From NCBI GenBank assembly GCA_965202585.1, contig OZ241827.1:72416001-72480000 (forward strand): a stretch of 64,000 bases of DNA, read 5' to 3'. Of the stretch, positions 60,240-64,000 are shown in pieces. The translations under genes were made by a program, and so were the position numbers. Numbering within the stretch: the stretch's first letter is position 1; every line of letters starts with the position of its first letter. The notes below the pieces were generated by a model. The model saw only the letters and a list, made by a program, of their open reading frames with translations. It was not told where the DNA came from and searched no databases. The stretch is from Thalia democratica. Its lineage: Eukaryota.

Positions 60240-61514
60240 CAAAAAAAAACAATTTAATTAAATTAACCGTAAAAACTATTTAATAATTTTTTTTTGCAAA
60301 TATTATTTTTGTGTTTGTGTCATAAATTGACTTCAAATATTCACTTAAATTGAATCTAAGTATACAAACAATCAACGTAGAAACAAGCAACATTTTCAAA
60401 ATATATAATTTTTTAAGCAATTATCAGTTTATAGATACTAAAAAAGTTACTTAATTTTTTCTAAAACCTAAGAAGTTTGTCAAGTTTTTAGTAAACTGAT
60501 TAAAGCAGAATTAAAGTATAACATAAAAGTCGAATGAAAAGTTTATCTTTTAATACTATTTGCAAACTGATTACAATTTTAAAATTACAGATTATCAAAA
60601 TTGCTTAAAAATATAAGCAACAAATCTAAAAACAGTTACTAGAAATACTTTTAAATGCCTTATGTTTTATATCTCTAATTAAAGTTTTAATTGACAAAAA
60701 AAAATTATTTGCGCCAGCAAAATGATGTTACACATTAAACGATTTACCTAGTGTCAGAATTTCTTTTAACCTAATGGCACGAGTTATTAATCAATTGTAA
60801 AAAACAAGACTTGATACTTTAATAATTGTTTTTTTTATGATAGTTTTTGTCATTTTACTTAAACACTAACTCTTATTTTTTTGTACCATTCTAAAATAAC
60901 TTTTAAGATGAGTAAAATATTTTGTAGCTCTTTTTTAAATTTGAGCATAATTTATTTAAGTTTTAACTCTAGTATTCAAAGTTTTTGTTTATATACAAAA
61001 TAAATTTGTCAAAATTGACCATTAGAATATTTATAAGTTAACAAGAAGTTTAATTTATAAAATTCATAATTTTTTTTTACATTCTTACAAGAAAATAAGC
61101 ATACAAGCTTATATACAAAGCCTTGTTTGAGTTTAGATAAGAGACGTTTATGAGACTATTATAAATATTTTGATATTGTTACTACTAACATAATTTATTT
61201 ATTCTTTAAAAAAATATTCATTATTACTTATTAAATATTTTCAATACGTAAAAAAATTATCTTAAAAGTTTAATACTGTATAACATATTTATTTTCTTAT
61301 TATTTTATAATGAAAACTACAACTACATAATTTTAAATTTTTAACAACTTTAAATAAAAAATATTTTTACAATTTCTAACAACAAAACAGCTTTTAAAAT
61401 GTACTTTCAATTTGTATGCGAAAGTAAAAGGTGAAAAAAAATACAAAAAATTGTTGTAATTATTTAATTTTTCTCCTGGATATAACTAGTTAAGGTTGAT
61501 CAAATTGTCGTCAG

Positions 61515-62798
61515 ATACAAAATATTGATATGATCTGTAAATATTTTAAAACTGAGGTGATAAAGCGTCTGAGGTGCGACAACTTTCTGTTTGTTAACGA
61601 GTATTTCACTTTCGAAGAATCCGTTGAATTCTGCAGAAATCAAAATTATCAGCTCGCCAAGATCAATGTCAAGGATGGTAAAGTGGATGACAATGAGTTG
61701 AACAAATTCATAAATATATACCAAATGGGTTTGAGGGGCTCTTACCGAGTAGGATTGAAATTTGTGAATAAAAATGGAGCTTGGTCAGGAAAGTGGTTTG
61801 ATGGCGAAAAGTATGATGAAATTTCCAGTGGTGAAATAGAAGTTTTAAATGAGTACCACGAAAATGATAGTTGTTACGATGTTTTTGTAAACATATACGA
61901 AAGTCGTATCTACAAAGTGAAGTGTGTTGACAAAACTATGTTTTTATGCAGAAAGCCAGGAAATAGTTTAACAACAAAATCGTCCAAAAGATTTTCCTAT
62001 TTACCAATTACTAAAAACCCACAAGATACAATCTCGCCATATTTGCATAAAAGCTTGAAAAGTGATTATTTTGGTGACACTACTAAATCGGAAGTTGGTT
62101 TTATTAAGACATTCACAGACATAACAATTTCAAAACCAGCTAATACTAAGGTACATATAAGCACAAAAAGTTCATCTGAACGTGTGAACAACCATACTTT
62201 TGGTACAACTACCAACTCCAAAGTAGTTCCTTCTAACACATCTACAAATACAAAGATTTCAAAACCAGTGAGTTTTTTAAACAATGGTGAATCTATAAAC
62301 AATAACACTTTATTAGTCGGAAAGGGTTCTGCATTGTGCTTACTTTTTACTTTTTCTATTTTTTTACTTGCTTACATCTACCACAACAAAAGAAACATAC
62401 GAAACAATAAAAACAAAACAAAGCAAAATATTGAAATGTCGGAAATCCGGTTTTCACCAGTCGCAGTTGACGAGCACCAGTTTTATGACGTCACAAAGAA
62501 TGACGTCACATCATCTGTAGGTGAGGTACGTACAGGCATCGCAGCATCGCTTCCAATTTCGTGCGATGTTTTACATGATGACGTCACGCTGAAAAACGTC
62601 ATATCGACAGCAAATGACGTCACCACTGCACCTGAATCTGGCCGTAATGACGTCTTATTAACAAATAATGCCGATTGTAATAAATCAAGCAAGTTTGAAA
62701 CAGAAAATGATAAAGATCCAGTTGATCCCGATGCACAAAACGATAAAGTTAATGTTTCTCAAGACTTTAGTTTCTGGGTTCACGTCGATGAATGTTGA
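61515..62798 (+). CDS. CTLD-TM receptor (copy C), main exon
   Basis: 422-aa ORF from 61530, open to a TCAG acceptor 15 nt upstream; same architecture, ends QDFSFWVHVDEC*. Confidence 0.8.
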   Translation: MQNIDMICKYFKTEVIKRLRCDNFLFVNEYFTFEESVEFCRNQNYQLAKINVKDGKVDDNELNKFINIYQMGLRGSYRVGLKFVNKNGAWSGKWFDGEKYDEISSGEIEVLNEYHENDSCYDVFVNIYESRIYKVKCVDKTMFLCRKPGNSLTTKSSKRFSYLPITKNPQDTISPYLHKSLKSDYFGDTTKSEVGFIKTFTDITISKPANTKVHISTKSSSERVNNHTFGTTTNSKVVPSNTSTNTKISKPVSFLNNGESINNNTLLVGKGSALCLLFTFSIFLLAYIYHNKRNIRNNKNKTKQNIEMSEIRFSPVAVDEHQFYDVTKNDVTSSVGEVRTGIAASLPISCDVLHDDVTLKNVISTANDVTTAPESGRNDVLLTNNADCNKSSKFETENDKDPVDPDAQNDKVNVSQDFSFWVHVDEC

Positions 62799-63541
62799 AC
62801 ACTTTTTGCAACCAAGTATTAACTTAAAACTTAAAAATTATTAATTGTAAAATATTGTACACAGATGATTTAAAAATTATATTTTTATACTCTTTATTCT
62901 TCCGTAGTTACAAGAAAATTAAATTCAAATGCTTCTTTACAAAGCGTTTCGTAACTTAATATAAAATATTTTAAATAATAATTTTAAATTAAACCAATAA
63001 CAAATTTAAACAGTTCTCTTTCGTCACACACTTCAACGGAGCTCTGTAAAATATATGTTAATTTAATAAAGAAAGAGTACTTTCTAAATTTGTTTAGATT
63101 ATTTAATCCAGTAAATTTGTTTCGCTAGGATCTTTATTAGCAATCGCTTAAATTTATATTTTGAATAGTTAACTTTATGTTGTATAAATTTTATATATTT
63201 AAAAATTTGTTTAAAACAAAGTTCTAATGTGATTTGTTTATTATTTTGATACTTTAAATTTTTGTTTTAAATTTAACACTTAAAATATGTTTGTAATCTG
63301 TTTATTTCGCAATAAAAAGTAAAGTTACTTGTTAATTAGTACTTTGATATTCTAATTAAAAAGACTATTTAATTTTTACAAATTCTACTATTAAAACAGC
63401 TCTAGATATGTTAAGCTTTATTTTAACCATTTTTATTTTAAAAGCAACAGTATAAAAAAAGTTGTAAAGTAAATTTAGCCAAATTGTTGTAACTATTTCA
63501 TTTACTAAAATGTATAAAAATATTATTCATTTTTTCATCAG

Positions 63542-64000
63542 ATACTAAATATACCGATTGATAGTAAGGCACCTACAAAGACAAAAAACGCATTGTATTC
63601 ATCTATAAGTATGAACAATCATACCTTTGTTACAACTACTGAATCCGACGTAGTTTCTTTTAAGACATCTACAAATACAACGATTTCAAAATCAGACTAT
63701 ATTTTTAACACTGATGTATATAAACGTGAATCTATAAACAACAACACTTTATTGATTGGAATAAGCTCTGCTTTGTGCCTAATTTCTTTTTTTTTTTTCT
63801 TATTCTACTTGCTTACATCTACTACATCAAAAGAAACAAACAAAGCAAGAGAAATAAGAGAAAGCAAAGTATTGAAATGTCGGGAATCCGGTTCTCAACG
63901 GTCGACGTTGAAGAGCACACATTTTATGACGTCACAAAAACATCTAACAACGTCTCGAAGAATGACGTCACAACAGCTGTGAGCGTGAAACGTACAGAGG
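63542..64000 (+). other. Lectin-domain-deleted paralog (copy D): stalk + TM + tail, runs off window; frameshift in a 12-T run
   Basis: Acceptor TCATCAG|ATACTAAAT homologous to A and C; open frame ILNIPIDSKAPT...NNNTLLIGISSALCLIS. One extra T in the run at 63787-63798 would restore LLAYIYYIKRNK...FYDVT. Confidence 0.7.

Larger units (their letters stand above)
56540..64000 (+). repeat. Segmental duplication unit 3 (more diverged; genes C + D; runs off window)
   Basis: Same unit-start block at ~56540-57700 and conserved upstream blocks at 59142 and ~59620. Confidence 0.8.

Noticed and set aside
1-64000. CRISPR arrays, rRNA, tRNA, prokaryotic operons
   Set aside because: None seen; the window is intron-containing animal DNA.

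Overview
Eukaryotic (animal) genomic DNA with very AT-rich introns and spacers. It is probably a tunicate or another invertebrate deuterostome; this is an inference from the multi-thyroglobulin nidogen, abundant TGACGTCA motifs and GTT-type donors. The left half (1-29878, minus strand) holds the first 28 coding exons of a greatly enlarged nidogen/entactin gene. I reconstructed it exon by exon with GT-AG boundaries and consistent phases: 4962 nt, 1654 codons, running off the window start. Domain order is signal peptide, NIDO, EGF, G2F, 8 EGF, 5 thyroglobulin type-1, then at least 4 EGF with an Arg/Asp-rich insert. Its introns carry decayed thyroglobulin pseudo-exons and many short duplicated copies of exon/intron junctions. 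The right half (about 30.8 kb to the end, plus strand, divergent from nidogen) is a tandem array of ~13-kb segmental duplicates encoding non-canonical C-type-lectin-like type I membrane receptors. It has two near-identical intact genes (A1, A2), two pseudogenes (B1 with a hAT MITE, B2), one intact main ORF whose leader exon looks broken (C), and one copy with the lectin domain deleted in frame (D). A candidate signal-peptide leader exon 1.4 kb upstream, not linked in the ORF track, was identified. All identities come from manual reading and translation; no database searches were run.
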